From Eledone cirrhosa (Eukaryota), in the NCBI GenBank assembly GCA_964016885.1, contig OZ024742.1, forward strand, positions 368,528,001-368,592,000: DNA of 64,000 bases. The letters run 5' to 3'. Numbering within the stretch: the stretch's first letter is position 1; every line of letters begins with the position of its first letter. The notes beneath the pieces are model-generated. The model ran no database searches, was not told where the DNA came from, and saw only the letters and a list, made by a program, of their open reading frames with translations. The position numbers were made by a program, and so were the translations under genes. Of the stretch, positions 12,158-25,313 are shown piece by piece.

Positions 12158-14886
12158 ATGTTGGAGAACCAGCCGTTACCCATGTCTCTCAAGTGTATCC
12201 CCTTACCCAGCAGAAAAACCTACCTTAAACTGCTTATAGACGCTACTAATTCGTTTATACGGAGAGTCAGATGGAAGGCCTACCACCTGGATAAGAACAC
12301 CCGTAACCTTCCTGAACCCAAAGAGAGGTATGGCTTCAAAACATACCGAAACCCACCGCACAACACCTTACTGGACTCCTTTGAAGAGGACCTGCTGAAA
12401 ATGATCAAAAACGTTAAGCTCAGAAAGAAACACCAATGCAGCAATCCACTCTTAACGTCCCTTGATACACTAATAACTAAGATCAAGAATGACCCGTACC
12501 TTTTTGTCACCTCCGACAAAACCAAAAAGCTGAACAAGATGGACGCGAGTGAGTATAAAAAATTCATCTATAAGGAACTACACAAAGACTACAAAAAGAC
12601 ACCCTCTAGTACCCTAAATGACATAAATAGAGTAGGGAAGGATATAGTCACCAGCTTAGAAATAGAAAAGTACACTAACCCGTACGTCCCTCTAACGCCT
12701 AAATTCTCTCTTAAGGATAACAAATATGACTTTAATGAAAGCCCCTCTATTAGACTAATATGCCCCTCTACATCAGATATAGGTAAGATTAGTAAAGTGA
12801 TCCTCGACAGAGTACTACTGGAGCTTAATAGAAAGGCTAAGGTCTGCCTCTGGGGCAACACCGACCAGGTCATAAATTGGTTCACCGAGTTGCCGGATAA
12901 AGCCACCCTGAAATTCATCCAGTTTGATATAGATAGCTACTATGCCTCTATCTCCCCCATACTCTTAAATAAGGCACTTATCTTAGCTAGATCTAACACT
13001 AGCCTCACTAAAAAAGAAATAGACATAATTCTAGCGGCACGTAGAACCATTATCCAGTTCGAAGGCTCCCACTGGACCAGAACCAACCGTCCTGATAACT
13101 TCGATGTCACGATGGGGTCCAGTGACTCAGCGCAAGCAACTGATCTGGTCGGGATATACCTCCTACATAAGCTTAGGGAAGAAATATCGGCCCTACAAGG
13201 AGGTGTATATAGGGACGACGCGCTGTTTACCGTTAGGAACCATAACCCCCGTAGGATAGAGAACCTTAACAAACATATACACAGGTTCTTTAAGTCATAC
13301 GGCCTATCCGTAACTATGGACCTCAACCACAGGGTTGTCAACTTCCTGGACGTGACCCTGGAGTTGAGTACGGGCTTATACAAGCCATACCATAAGCCTG
13401 GAGAGTGCCTCTCTTATATTAATTATGCCTCCAACCACCCTAAGCAGACTCTCAACTCCATACTCTATAGTATCTCACATAGATTCTCGAAGCTATCCGC
13501 CAATGAGGATATCTTCAACCAAGCGGCTGATTACTACAATAGGGCCCTGATAAGCGCCGGCTTTAACCGAGGAATTTCTTACATCCCTAACGCTAGCTCT
13601 AGAACCCCCCCCTCATAAAACTAACGTTATAGTAAGCCATACCTGTAACCGATCACGCGGCGACCTCGTTGAAGTCGGATATAATAGAATAGATAACCGC
13701 ACCAAAGATCACGTCCCCGGCGACGGTGAACACTGTACATTACTCAAACTATTCCCCTATTACAAAACCAACAAAGGCGACGGCCTACTACCAACGCCTT
13801 CCAACCAACATCTTCGTGTACATAAACATGGAAGAGGTAAAAAGAGTGCACCCGAGCATAAAGTGAAAGGGCACCGAACGGGCGACTGCGCATTAACACA
13901 CATAAGAGCGGTCCCTTAGATGGAACCACCCGTGGCAAAAGTACAAGGACACGTAATCGCCACCGTAACGTCCTATGGTTCCCCCCCCCCTACTCTCGGA
14001 GTGTGGCCTCCAACATACCCCGGATGTTCTTCGAAGCCTTAGAGAAGAACTTCCCGCCCAACCATAGGTATAGAAAAATTCTTAATAGGAACAATATAAA
14101 AATATCCTTCTCTACTACTCCTAACCTAGCAGACATCATAGGAACAACGAACCACAGTAAGATCACCAAGACACAGCACCTCGACACAGACGCACCTACA
14201 CCTGACAATAACTATATCGGCCTTAACAACTCCCTGGCAGCATCCAATAGTGTTGGCAACGGCATCCGCAGACGCAACCAGAATGACCGCGAAATGACTG
14301 GGGAACATGCAGGACATGACGTGCAGAATAACAATCGCACCACCCCACGTGCTGTGGGTTGTAATTGTGCTAACGACTGCTGCGGTAGCGTAGGTAACAA
14401 CGTAGGCAGCAACAATGATAGCCTTACCGTGGGAAATAGACGGAACCGCGACAGAAATTGCAACTGCCGCGACAAAGGACGCTGCCCCCTTAGAGGATAC
14501 TGCTTGACTGATAGGGTTATATATAGATGCACTATTACTAGCCACAATAGCGTTAAACATTATATAGGGGCCACCTCCGGCCCGTTCAAAATTAGGTTTC
14601 GAACACATCTCCACTCTTTCACAAATAGAAAACTAAGGCACTCCACTTCGCTCGCGGACTACATCACATCACTAAAGGACTTAAACATCAGCTTCTCCAC
14701 GCACTGGGAGATTGTCGGTAGGGCTGCACCGTACAACTTCAAGAGGAAATGCGATCTTTGCCTCATGGAGCTCTACCACATCATAACTGCACCCCACGAG
14801 CTCATCAACAGCAGAGCTGAAACAGCGATAAGTTGTACACATCGCTTAAAATATCCTTCTTCAGATGGGTTAAGGATGAAGAGTGA
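12158..14886 (+). pseudogene. PLE reverse transcriptase/GIY-YIG endonuclease ORF, frameshifted
   Basis: ORF pieces 12158-13618 (RT) and 14003-14950 (EN). Breaks lie at or near poly-C runs (~13605, ~13981) and a 1-bp A deletion near 14850 relative to the upstream copy. Confidence 0.88.
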
Positions 14887-15176
14887 AATAGTACACTGGA
14901 TCTCCCTGCAACAAGTCTTAACACCCTGGCGGGCAGGCGCTGCAAAATAACACCCAGGAAACAATCCTTGCATACCAGACCCAGCCTCAGACAAACGGAT
15001 GCGGCAAAAAAAAAAAAAAATTGTCCGGGAAAGACTGCTCTAACACCGGCCAGAGTTACCTCCCTTGACCTGCTGCAAAATCAAAACAAGATATTTTTGC
15101 GTGCAATGAACCTTGATGTGGATTTAACCCCAAAACTCTTTCCGAGCAATATAAGGAACACTTGTGATTATGTATG

Positions 15177-15213
15177 CCCTTGAGAAGCCCAACTGGGCGA
15201 AACGTACGTAGGT
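15177..15213 (+). ncRNA. Minimal hammerhead, U3-A8 core variant, second copy
   Basis: Identical to 11857-11893, 3320 bp downstream. Confidence 0.72.
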
Positions 15214-15426
15214 GATATTTTAAATAAACATGTTTTAACGGTCTATTCTCCGATTTTTTACTTTCCCACGTGCTTACGCTCTGCTAACTCTCTAGCCCAC
15301 TAAATATTAACACTTCGAATATTTAATACTGCCGGCACTAGTATCGAGCACCTTTGGCATACGCTACTTGGCAAATAACTATATGTATCACCTATCCCCC
15401 CTTTTTTTCTCTTTCTCGATACGAAA

Positions 15427-15467
<41 letters not shown>

Positions 15468-15649
15468 TATACACATATACATACACATAAATACACGCAC
15501 ACATACAGTCATACACACAACACACACACATACACACACACACACACACTTATACAAAAGAATAATCAAAAACCTATGAAGGTAAGTATACATGAGTCTG
15601 TCTGCGAATGCGCCCGCATACAGTCCTGTGTGAGAACATAAAACCTAGT

Positions 15650-17830
15650 GAGTAAGTGAGGACAAGAGGGGAGTAAAGATGAAATAAACACAATTATAAA
15701 GAGTAGGTAAGGGAGAAATATATGCGAAGAGATCTAGATAAGAGTATCTGGTTAAAGAATAAACTGAGTAAAGGATAAGGGTGGTGGGTGAATGTGTGTA
15801 AAGGGTAAGGTAGAAAGTAGGGGGGGGGGGAATATAAGTCAACAGAAAAAAAAATATATATATATATATAATAGGAAAAAAATAAATATAAGGGGATATA
15901 GGAGGAGATGAGGGACAAAAAGAATATATGGGTAAGGAATGTGAGTTCAGAGAGTAATAATAATCGTAGTGGATGGAAGGCGTAGAGTAAAGAAGAAGCT
16001 CAATGTGGTTGAGTCATCGTAGGAATGTCAATCCAGTTACACAGTAGATGCGATTTCAGGTGAGGACAACATATGAAGATCTCGGTCTTGGAGTTAAGGC
16101 AAGTGGAAGTGGCTTTCAAATTTTGGAGAATTCTAAATTTTTCCGTGGTGCACAAAGAACAATTCTTTGTGCTCCTTTGGTATTCTCTTGAATGGTCTAA
16201 AATAGACCAATCAATAGTGTACGGAATGTTTTTGTCTTTGAATTCCCACACTTTATTTGCGAGAGTCGTTGCTGTTCTTTTTTCAGGGTGTTTAAAAGAA
16301 GCGACATGTGCATAAAACCTGGTTTTGAACCTGTCCTGAGTCATGCCAACATATCGTTCACTCCTGGCTGGCTGGTTATTAATCAACGGTGTCAATTTGG
16401 CCTCATACACAATGGATTTAATATTACATTTGCCCTGTAATGGGCATTCTTACGGCTTCCTGCAACTGCATCCTGGATTTACTCTCGTACGATTAGAGTT
16501 GGTAATTTTAGTCTTCATTGATGGACAACAAGAGTAACTGATTTTGACTACATTTCTATTAAATATTTTATAATATCTATGATTAGGAGGAAAATGTTTG
16601 TCTAGGAGGTCGAGGAATTTCCTTCCTACATTAGTTTTGACAATTAGAGAGAAGGGGGTGTAAACCAAATAATTTTTCTTTTCCTGTTATTGTGTTTAGT
16701 GTTAGAGGGAGGAGTAGGTAAATATTTAATATGTTCTGTAAAGCACCTGTTATTGAGGGCCTTATTATAATAAGGGCGGCTTTGTTAAAAATGTCTAGAG
16801 ACGAAGATAAGGTAGAAATCCTACGGCTAATGTTAGGAATAAGATTTTTAAAAACTATAGGGGGTGGCAAGACTCTTTGTGTATATATCTTAGATTCTCG
16901 TTAGGTTTATGATAAGGTTTAAAAGAGGCAGTAAGTAGATCAAGATTAATATAAAGAAAGTTAGCATTAGTAAGGTTCGTATCTATAGAAATTTTAAGGT
17001 TTAGGTTAGTAAAGGTATTGATTAAATCTTTACGGAATTTATCAAGGTTATGGCCGTTGGTGGTATGAGAAACTGCCAACTCGTCGTCTCGGTATAAACC
17101 GATATTATGGGAAGGAAATTTCTCTTTAAGGGTGTGGAGAAGGAATAAACCTACTAAGTCACACACATCAGCACTATCATATGAACCCATCGCAACATCA
17201 AAAGAGTTTTCAGGGTTTGACTTTTTAACCCAAATACTTTCATTAGCAAAGAGTAGAGTTTTCCTAGCATGAAAGATAATGTCTTCTTCTAATTTAGAAA
17301 TATTAATGATAGGTCTTGCAAAATCTAAGGCTTTTGTTAATAAGGAAACGTAATAGAGGGGTAAAAATCAACAATATCAAATTGGGTAAATCTACACTTA
17401 TTTTTACCTTGTATATTATTAAACCAAGAAATAACAGAGGATGTATTTAACCATTGTGATAAATCAGTTTTAGTTCTAATTTGGAGTATTATTTTTCTTA
17501 AGATTTTTTTACTTGCAAGGCCAATTTCAGATTTAGCAGGGTTAATTAGTCTACAGCTAGGTCGATTAGTGAAGTCTGATTTATGGTCTTTAAGGGTAAA
17601 ATATTCTTTACGTTTAGCTAGGCTTTCAATCCGGTTATCTATTTTTAAAATACTAGCTAGGTCTTTAGCTTCTTTATTAATGGTATTGTAGGTATTATTG
17701 TTAGCTATTTGATATTTGGTGGTAATGCTATATGTTAAAAGTTGGTTATACAAAATATTATTTACTTCAAAGAGATTTTTAGTTTTATCAGAAAGAACAA
17801 AAGTGTTTGCAGAATGTTTAAAATTAGAAA
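15650..17830 (-). mobile_element. Penelope-like element family B, degenerate and 5'-truncated
   Basis: Minus ORFs 17337-17906 (SDKT, CRLINP, FDIVDFY), 16855-17190 (MGSYDS, LYRDD), 16450-16668 (CSCRKP) and 16000-16410 (YVG, CSLC). Confidence 0.92.
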
Positions 17831-18216
17831 TATATAAATAAATATATATAATATTTAAAGTTAGGGATAACAAACTATATTGCTCAACAACTACAGAGAA
17901 CTTCACTTAATAAGTCGTTGCGAAACAGTCTTCAACACTGTCTAGTTGTTACCAGGCATTTTTGCCCAATATAGGTCTGTTATTTTTCTTTAATTTTCTT
18001 AATTTTTCTTAATTTAATATTTAAAGTTAGGGATAACAAACTATATTGCTGTAGTTAGTATTTTTTCACCCTAGCAAATTTTGGTCCTTACGATTCGAAC
18101 ACATGTATGTTTATATTAGTGTTCATCTCTCTTGTTTATTCAATTATATTGTACGGCTCGGGAAAGCTTTTTTCTTAGAGCTATTTAATTGTAAGGGACC
18201 ACTCTGAGTTCTAACT

Positions 18217-18275
<59 letters not shown>

Positions 18276-18286
18276 TATATAGTGAT

Positions 18287-18387
<101 letters not shown>

Positions 18388-18594
18388 GAAAGTTAGAGCT
18401 AATAACTCTTACTGAAACCCTGTAATGAATAAGCTCCAAGCATAAATACTGAGCATTATAATAATAATATATATGTAGTAAGAAACACAGTAAACCGTGT
18501 CTAATATTACGAGGGTTGAAAGACCACATTTGTTTGAAAAATTTAATCATGAAGCAGACAGAATGATAATATATGATATATATATATATATAGT

Positions 18595-18810
18595 GATTTC
18601 TAGTATAGACACAAAGCCAGTAATTTGGGGGAGGGTAAGTCGATTAAATTGACCCCAGTGCATTACTGGTACTTTATTTTATCGACCCTGTAAGGATGAA
18701 AGGCAAAGTTAACCTCGACGGGATTTGAATTCAGAACGTAAAGGACTGTAACTCTATACTGCAAAGCATGGCGTTTGATGCGCTACAGATACTGCCAACC
18801 CACCGCCCTT
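18595..18810 (-). mobile_element. tRNA-derived Meta-domain-like SINE
   Basis: Minus: A box TGGCAGTATC, B-box-like ATTCAAATCC, central ACTTTGCCTTTCATCCTTAC.GGGTCGATAAAATAAAGTACCAG. Confidence 0.85.
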
Positions 18811-18814
18811 ATAT

Positions 18815-19046
18815 AGAAGAAGAAGAAGAAGAAGAAGAAGAAGAAGAAAAAGAAGAAGAAGAAGAAGAAGAAGAAGAAGAAGAAAAAGAAGAAGAAGAAG
18901 AAGAAGAAGAAGAAGAAGAAGAAGAAAAAGAAGAAGAAGAAGAAGAAGAAGAAGAAGAAGAAGAAGAAGAAGAAGAAGAAGAAGAAGAAGAAGAAGAAGA
19001 AGAAGAAGAAGAAGAAGAACAACAACAACAACAACAACAACAACAA
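18815..19046. repeat. (GAA)n + (CAA)n microsatellite
   Basis: Directly visible. Confidence 0.97.
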
Positions 19047-19197
19047 GTATTAATAAGTTTTTCATTAGTCCGGTGTGTCTAAAAGTCGGTGATCGTTAAA
19101 AGTTACGTCACTCGAGTTTAATTACAGTCGATACCCGACCAAATCATCAGAATACTGGTCTTAAACGATATCTTGTTATCTTATATATATATATATA

Positions 19198-19354
19198 TTG
19201 TTATACTTTGGGAGGGTCATGTTGCCAATAAGAAACACACGCACCAGTAACTTTCACTTCAATTTATTATAAATTTAATTTATAATAAATTGAAGTGAAA
19301 GCAACTGGTGCGTGTGTTTCTTATTGGCAACATGACCCTCCCAAAGTATAACAA
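19198..19354. repeat. Near-perfect palindrome (~75-bp arms) within (TA)n
   Basis: TTGTTATACTTTGGGAGGGTCATG...CATGACCCTCCCAAAGTATAACAA; related to 22929-23050, 44660-44961 and 46046-46300. Confidence 0.92.
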
Positions 19355-19409
19355 CATCGGTTTCAACACACGTTTTCAGATAAAGAATCTTGCTCAACAA
19401 ATTCAGAAA

Positions 19410-19444
<35 letters not shown>

Positions 19445-19628
19445 GTAGTTAAGCAAATCAGGACCACAAGCTCCTCACATAGAAAACATTAGTGGAAAAG
19501 TATGAACATTAAGTGCAGTTCAATATAAAAAATGGGGGTAATAATGTCAGTTTACAATTGTTTCACTACTCCATATAATGTTTCTGGATCAATCGATGGT
19601 AATATCGTTATTGATTTGGTGCATATAT

Positions 19629-19659
<31 letters not shown>

Positions 19660-19913
19660 GGGGGAAAGAGACAGGAGAGTGTGCTTTTCATTACAGGAAT
19701 TTCAAACCACCACCGTGAAGAGAATATAAGCTACTAGAAGCATAGGAAAAACATTAAAATTAAAAGTATAAATTGAAATGAGAATCCAACCTCACCTAAA
19801 TCATATATGTACACACTCGCCAGGAGAATGCTTCGCCATTTTAGTGGGTTCCAATACGGTGGGTCATCAGCATGTGGAAGGCCGATATTGTCCGCACTAC
19901 TAGAGAGAACTAA

Positions 19914-19972
19914 AGTAAACTACCCTTCGCACGTGTATACATTATGTCTACACGTGCGAAGGGTAGTTTACT
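19914..19972. repeat. Hairpin with ~24-bp arms
   Basis: AGTAAACTACCCTTCGCACGTGTA ... TACACGTGCGAAGGGTAGTTTACT. Confidence 0.9.
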
Positions 19973-19974
19973 AG

Positions 19975-20420
19975 TGATTTCTAGTATAGACACAAGGCGA
20001 GTAGTTTGGGGGGAGGGAAAGTCGATTAAATAGACCCCAATACGTTACTGGTACTTTATTTTATCGACCCCGTAAGGATGAAAGGCAAAGTTAACCTCGG
20101 CGGGATTTTAACTCAGACCATAAAGGACCGAAACTCTATGCTGCAAAGCATAGTGTCCGACCCTCTACCGATACTGCCAATCCACCGCCTCTCTATTTTA
20201 TAATAATTGTTTCTACTTTTTGGCACAAGGCCAGCAATTAACCTCGGCGGGATTTTAACTCAGACTATAAAGGGCTTTTTTATACTCTTTGCTGCAAAGC
20301 ATGCGTCTGACACTCTACCGATACTGCCAATCCTTCATCCTTACGGAGTCGATAAAATAAAGTACCAGTAATGCACTGGTTAATTGCTGGCCTTGTGCCA
20401 AAAGTAGAAACAATTATTAT
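19975..20420 (-). mobile_element. Cluster of Meta-domain-like SINEs: one full copy, one internally deleted copy, one inverted 3' part
   Basis: Full copy 19975-20190. Copy 20204-20334 lacks the central domain. 20334-20418 is the 3' half in the opposite orientation. Confidence 0.82.
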
Positions 20421-20674
20421 AAAATAGATATACCCTGTGGTCAAGCTTATCCCTTTCCTGACCAGAGTTACAATGACAAACATTACCTGTCATTTCAAAT
20501 AATTGTGAAAATAATCAAGAATTTGGAAAGATTTAACTTATTGCTCTATGACAAAGACTTCGATCATGTCTCCGATTTTTTCCATAGTTAAGGATATTGA
20601 TTAAGTAACACTCGGACATCTTTCATGTCACCACATGTCTCAAGACGCCAGTCCGTCGCAGGTTTAAAACCCCA

Positions 20675-20803
20675 GTATACTGGAGCAATGGGAAACGAAG
20701 TGTTTTACTCTAAAAGACAATACACAACCTAGTCCAGGAATCCGATCCCCACCATAATCATCGTAAGTTCAAGACCCTTACCACTAGGCCATGCGACTTC
20801 ACA
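20675..20803 (-). mobile_element. Degenerate CORE-type SINE head
   Basis: Homologous to 4200-4352 (CTGGAGCAA...ACCACTAGGCCATGCG). Confidence 0.6.
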
Positions 20804-20804
20804 T

Positions 20805-20998
20805 TAATTGTTTCTACTTTTGGCACAAGGCCAGCAATTAATCAGTGTATTACTGGTACTTTATTTTATCGACCCCGTAAGGATGAAAGGCAAAGTCAAC
20901 CTCGGCGGGATTTGAACTCAGACCATAAAGGGCCGTAACTCTATGCTTCAAAGCATGGCGTCCGACCCTCTACCGATACTGCCAATCCACCGCCCTTC
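20805..20998 (-). mobile_element. Meta-domain-like SINE
   Basis: Same family as 18595-18810; minus-strand B box GTTCAAATCC intact. Confidence 0.87.
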
Positions 20999-21649
20999 GC
21001 AATAATGGTGTGGCGCTAGTAATATTTTTTTCTTAATTCTTACAGGTCGAACAACCCATATTTGATGTATTTATTTAGTCAGAGCGGCACTAGTCATACT
21101 GAAGTTTAAGGGCCCCGTAGGGATTAGAGACCCGTCATTTGCCTTCTCTTTTCTTCTTTTGCCGTAATAAGGAGAAAGATTGAGTGCCAGAAGGGTCCGA
21201 AATACTTGAAAACCTAGGGGTCCACTCTTGGTTAGCACGGCCCATACATGACTGTTCTAACCGTTACGGAGAAGGCGAGGTTCACAAAGATTTGTTAGTC
21301 ACTGATGGATGAAGAGGCCAGTGAGAGAGAGAGGGGGGATGACAGGGGGAAAGGAGGAGAGAGATAAAGAAAGACAGGGAGAGAAAGAGAGAACGAGAGA
21401 GAAAAGGTAGAGAAAGGGAAAAAAAGACAGAGATGAGACGAGAGAGGAAGAGGGGTGAGAGAGACCTTAGACAATTGTAACTGCACCGAGGTCGAAATAT
21501 TAGATTCTTCGGTTGAAGAATTCATATGTTCTCTCTCTCTCTCTCTCTCTCTCTTACTCTTTCCCTCACTTTATATATTACAGAGAGAGAGAAACAGACG
21601 GACATATACAGATATATAGAGAGGGGGTGTAGATAGACAGAAGGACATA

Positions 21650-21986
21650 TGTCTGTGTGGTGTATGTATGTGTATGTATGTGTGTATGTATGTGTGTATG
21701 TATGTATGTGTGTATGTATGTGTATGTGTATGTATGTATGTGTCTGTATGTATGCATGTGTGTGTATGAGTGTGTGTATGTGTGTATGTATATATGTGTG
21801 TATGTATTTATGTATATATGTGTGTATGTGTGTGTGTGTGTATGTATGTATGCATGTGTGTATGTGTATGTATGTATGTGTGTGTATGTATGTATGTATG
21901 TATGCATGTGTATGTATGTATGTGTGTATGTATGTATGTGTGTATGTATGTGTATGTGTGTATGTATGTAAAATATATATATATAT

Positions 21987-22020
<34 letters not shown>
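21650..22020. repeat. (TATG)n/(TG)n microsatellite
   Basis: Directly visible. Confidence 0.95.
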
Positions 22021-22022
<2 letters not shown>

Positions 22023-22848
22023 CCACGTGCTTGCGACAGGTTCAGAAAAGAACACACAGCCTTCTTTAAAGGCTTCAACCTCTCTATACAGGTTGAGGCC
22101 AATCTCTCGGTCGTTAATTACCTCGACGTTACCCTCAATTTATTGAATGGGTTGTATTACCCGTATAGAAAGCCGAATAATACGCTTAATTAGATAAGTA
22201 AGCATTCCAACCATCCTGCCAGCATAACCAAGAACCTTGTAAGAAACGTTTCGTTAAGGCTTTCCCGTCTATCTACTATCGAGCATATTTTCAACGACCA
22301 TTCCACATATTACAATGAAGATCTTGCTCGGAGTGGATTTGTAGATAAGGTAGCATATACAGAGTACGAGAATAGACCTAGAATAACCCACCATATAATA
22401 TGGAGGTGGCCACACCATACCTAAGATCTTTCTCTCCCTTATTACGAAGCATTTTCCCCCTACACATAAATATAGTAAAATTTTTAATAGAAATACTATT
22501 AAAATGTCTTACTCTACGACTCCTAACCTTGCACATAACATCACAGCTTCAAATTTAGCTAAACTACCTAGCCGTAGGAACACGTGCAACCCTGTAGTTA
22601 GTACTAACTGTAATTGTAGGAATCGGGTTGATTGCCCCTATCCGGGAAATGCCTCTCTGGTAACATTGTCTACAAATGTAAGGTTGAAACACCCACGTCC
22701 CGTAGGGCCTACATAGGATTAACCAACAATAGATTCAAGCAGCGTCTTTACATGCATACCTATTCTTTTCGTTACCCTCTAAGAAGGAATATGACGTCAC
22801 TTTCAGCTTATATCTGGATTCTAAAGGACAACCACACCCAATATAAGT

Positions 22849-22851
<3 letters not shown>
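22021..22851 (+). mobile_element. Penelope-like element family C internal fragment
   Basis: Highly similar to the reverse complement of 33533-34388 (VVNYLDVTLNL, CNCRNRVDCP, AYIG), with a small internal deletion. Confidence 0.9.
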
Positions 22852-22933
<82 letters not shown>

Positions 22934-23049
22934 TTGGGGAGGGTCATATTTGCGTAATATTGCCAGAATTAATAACAGAACACACTCACTGTTTGGTTGG
23001 TTTTCGCTTCTCGCTGTCTTTTATATATATATATCTGCGATCTAACTTA

Positions 23050-23118
<69 letters not shown>

Positions 23119-23164
23119 GTTATTCCGGGTTGAATCGGAGGTAACCACAGTAAGTAAGGTACTC

Positions 23165-23211
23165 AATACTGATGATTTCTAAAGAATGAAACAGTTCTAG
23201 TCCTGTAGAAT
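23165..23211 (+). ncRNA. Hammerhead ribozyme (stem I eroded)
   Basis: CTGATGA-tttc-taaa-gaat-GAAA-CAG-ttctagtc-CTG-TA; same family as 24219-24269. Confidence 0.72.
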
Positions 23212-23242
23212 CTCATCTATATTAAAACTATATATATATATA

Positions 23243-23420
23243 TCATCATCATCATCATCATCAGCGTTTAACGTCCGTGTTCCACGCTTGCATGGGTTTG
23301 GACGGGGGTAGTCCCACTTGAGGCAAGAGTGATTGTCTTGCTCGCATAGGACTGTCTGGCAGGTTTTCTACAGTTGGATGCCCTTCCTAACACCAACCAC
23401 ATTTACAGTGTGGGGCTGGG
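23243..23420 (-). mobile_element. RTE-related LINE/SINE 3' end with (ATG)n tail
   Basis: (CAT)n followed by CGTTTAACGTCCG..GCATGGGTTTGGACGG and GGATGCCCTTCCTAAC, which resemble RTE-type 3' UTRs. Confidence 0.55.
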
Positions 23421-23811
23421 AGGTTTTTACCGTGTTGCCTACACGGCCACATTACAGCGTGGACTGTGTGTTTTTTTGTCGTGACACCTACACGATCTCA
23501 TTTGTTTCGGCCTCGATGGCGCGGCACCAACATAACTTTACTGGGTATTTACTCCACTTACCTGTTGAGTGCTTTAAATCAGTTATAAAAATGTTTAAGC
23601 TTGTTGAATCCCAACAAATTAAATATAACCTCTGCATATATATATATGTATGTATTAAGGATACTATTTATGGTTATGTTTATACTAAAACTGTTTATAG
23701 TTATATATATTTTAAACCCTAAACAGTGAAGGTCAGTAATTTATTACTACCTTATTACCAGTAAGATAAATAGCTCAATGTAATAACATCAGTTGTTCTA
23801 CAGAGCAGTTA

Positions 23812-24098
23812 TATAGAATTCACAAGAATCAAATCTATGTTCAAAGCATTTATTCACTTACAATTGTTTCATCCAAACCTAAACTTTGAATTGCTATACA
23901 GAAATAATATAATATATGTCACTCCACTGTACATCAATATATATATATGTATCTGTATGTCTCTTGCGTTGGAAAGGAGGTCAATTATGTGTACAAACAT
24001 TGAAAAATAGTCCGAAGACACCAAGCCTAGGTTTGGATGAAACAATTGTAAGTGAATAAATGCTTTGAACATAGCTTTGATTCTTGTGAATTCTATAT
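23812..24098 (+). repeat. Fold-back cassette (~70-bp inverted arms) with degenerate hammerhead at 24008-24054
   Basis: 23812-23881 is the reverse complement of 24028-24098. Motif CCGAAGA-caccaagcc-ta-ggtttggat-GAAA-CAATTG-TA. Confidence 0.78.
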
Positions 24099-24119
24099 AT
24101 GTATGTATGTATACATATA

Positions 24120-24151
<32 letters not shown>

Positions 24152-24166
24152 CATATATATATATAC

Positions 24167-24202
<36 letters not shown>

Positions 24203-24218
24203 TTTATTTTATAGAAGG

Positions 24219-24269
24219 AGCTTCTACAGGACTAGTACTGTTTCATTCAGATGAAATCTTCAGGAAGCT
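24219..24269 (-). ncRNA. Type I hammerhead ribozyme
   Basis: Minus: AGCTTC-CTGAAGA-tttca-tc-tgaat-GAAA-CAG-tactagtc-CTG-TA-GAAGCT. Perfect 6-bp stem I. Confidence 0.88.
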
Positions 24270-24692
24270 GGGTGTCATATTAAGTTCTGGTATTTATACA
24301 TTTAGGTAGTGGTAAGGGAGGGGTGGTGGCGGGGGGGGGGGAGTAGGATGGTATTTAGATACACAGGACCACAACATGGCATAGGTCGTTTTTTCTTTGG
24401 AGAGTGCTTTTTTGAAATAAATAAATAAATAAATAAATGAATAAATAGATAAATGAATAAATAAATAAATAAAATAAATAGAAAAAAAATAGAAAAAAAT
24501 AGAAAAAAAATAAGTAAAAACCCCAAGAATAGTAATTCAACAGATATATAGTAGGGAAATTTTTTTAGGTGGGTTGGTAATAGAAGATAAACAAGACCGA
24601 ATCATGGCACAGACTGAGGTAAGTGGTCAAGTTAACATACAAGCCACAGGTGGCCAGAGTGTTTTTGTAGAATGGAAACAATAAAATATATT

Positions 24693-24733
<41 letters not shown>

Positions 24734-25313
24734 ATATGGGTGAGAAGAATACTGCTGGTTGCACATGGATAGCATGTTATAAAATGAGTCCCTCATCAGT
24801 GATTTACCAAACGATCATGGGTATTTCATCGCATTAAAAATCATATACCTCACGTTGGAGCGATAATAACTAAAATAAGTTATTAGGACAATAGAAACGC
24901 GTAAAGCGAGTGAGACAAGTAAACAACACAGGGGGAAGCTAACCGAAGATGGAAATAAACACAAGCAACATAGTTATTATTTCAGCATAAGCTGTGTGAA
25001 TATATGAGCGAGTCAGAAAACAGAACTTTCGCTAGTGAATCCGGTGTTAGAAAGAATGAAAACCGTTTTCCCAGCGAACGGGAGGAAGAAAGAAGGGGAG
25101 AAACAGAGACTGAGTGAGTGGGAGTGCGAGGAAGAGGTCAGTAGAGAGAAAGAGTTAACTGACATGGCAGAGGGGACGAAAGAAAGTAAGAGAAACAGAG
25201 AGAACGAGGGAGCAGTAAGAGAGAAAGAGAGAAACACAGAATTGCACAAGGTTTAGCAAATAAGTAAAAGTTACAAAATAAATTTCAAAAAATTCACTGT
25301 ACTTACTATTGTT

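Larger units (their letters stand above)
12103..15432 (+). mobile_element. Penelope-like element family A, full-length copy (RT + GIY-YIG, Nematis-type)
   Basis: ATG at 12158. RT motifs SDKT, IRLICP, FDIDSYY, MGSSDS, YRDD, FLDV, then WF.PP, CNCR..CPL.G.C, YIG, CDLC. Ends in (TA)n. Confidence 0.95.

Noticed and set aside
9842-17830. Selenoprotein-encoding Naiad-type PLE
   Set aside because: The endonuclease is C-terminal, cysteine positions are ordinary TGY codons, and no conserved in-frame TGA pattern was seen.
18768-19082. Poly-E/Q ORF
   Set aside because: (GAA)n(CAA)n microsatellite abutting a SINE.
19140-24810. CTGATGA cores at ~19145, ~19864 and ~24794 (minus strand)
   Set aside because: No properly placed GAAA, stem III or stem I.
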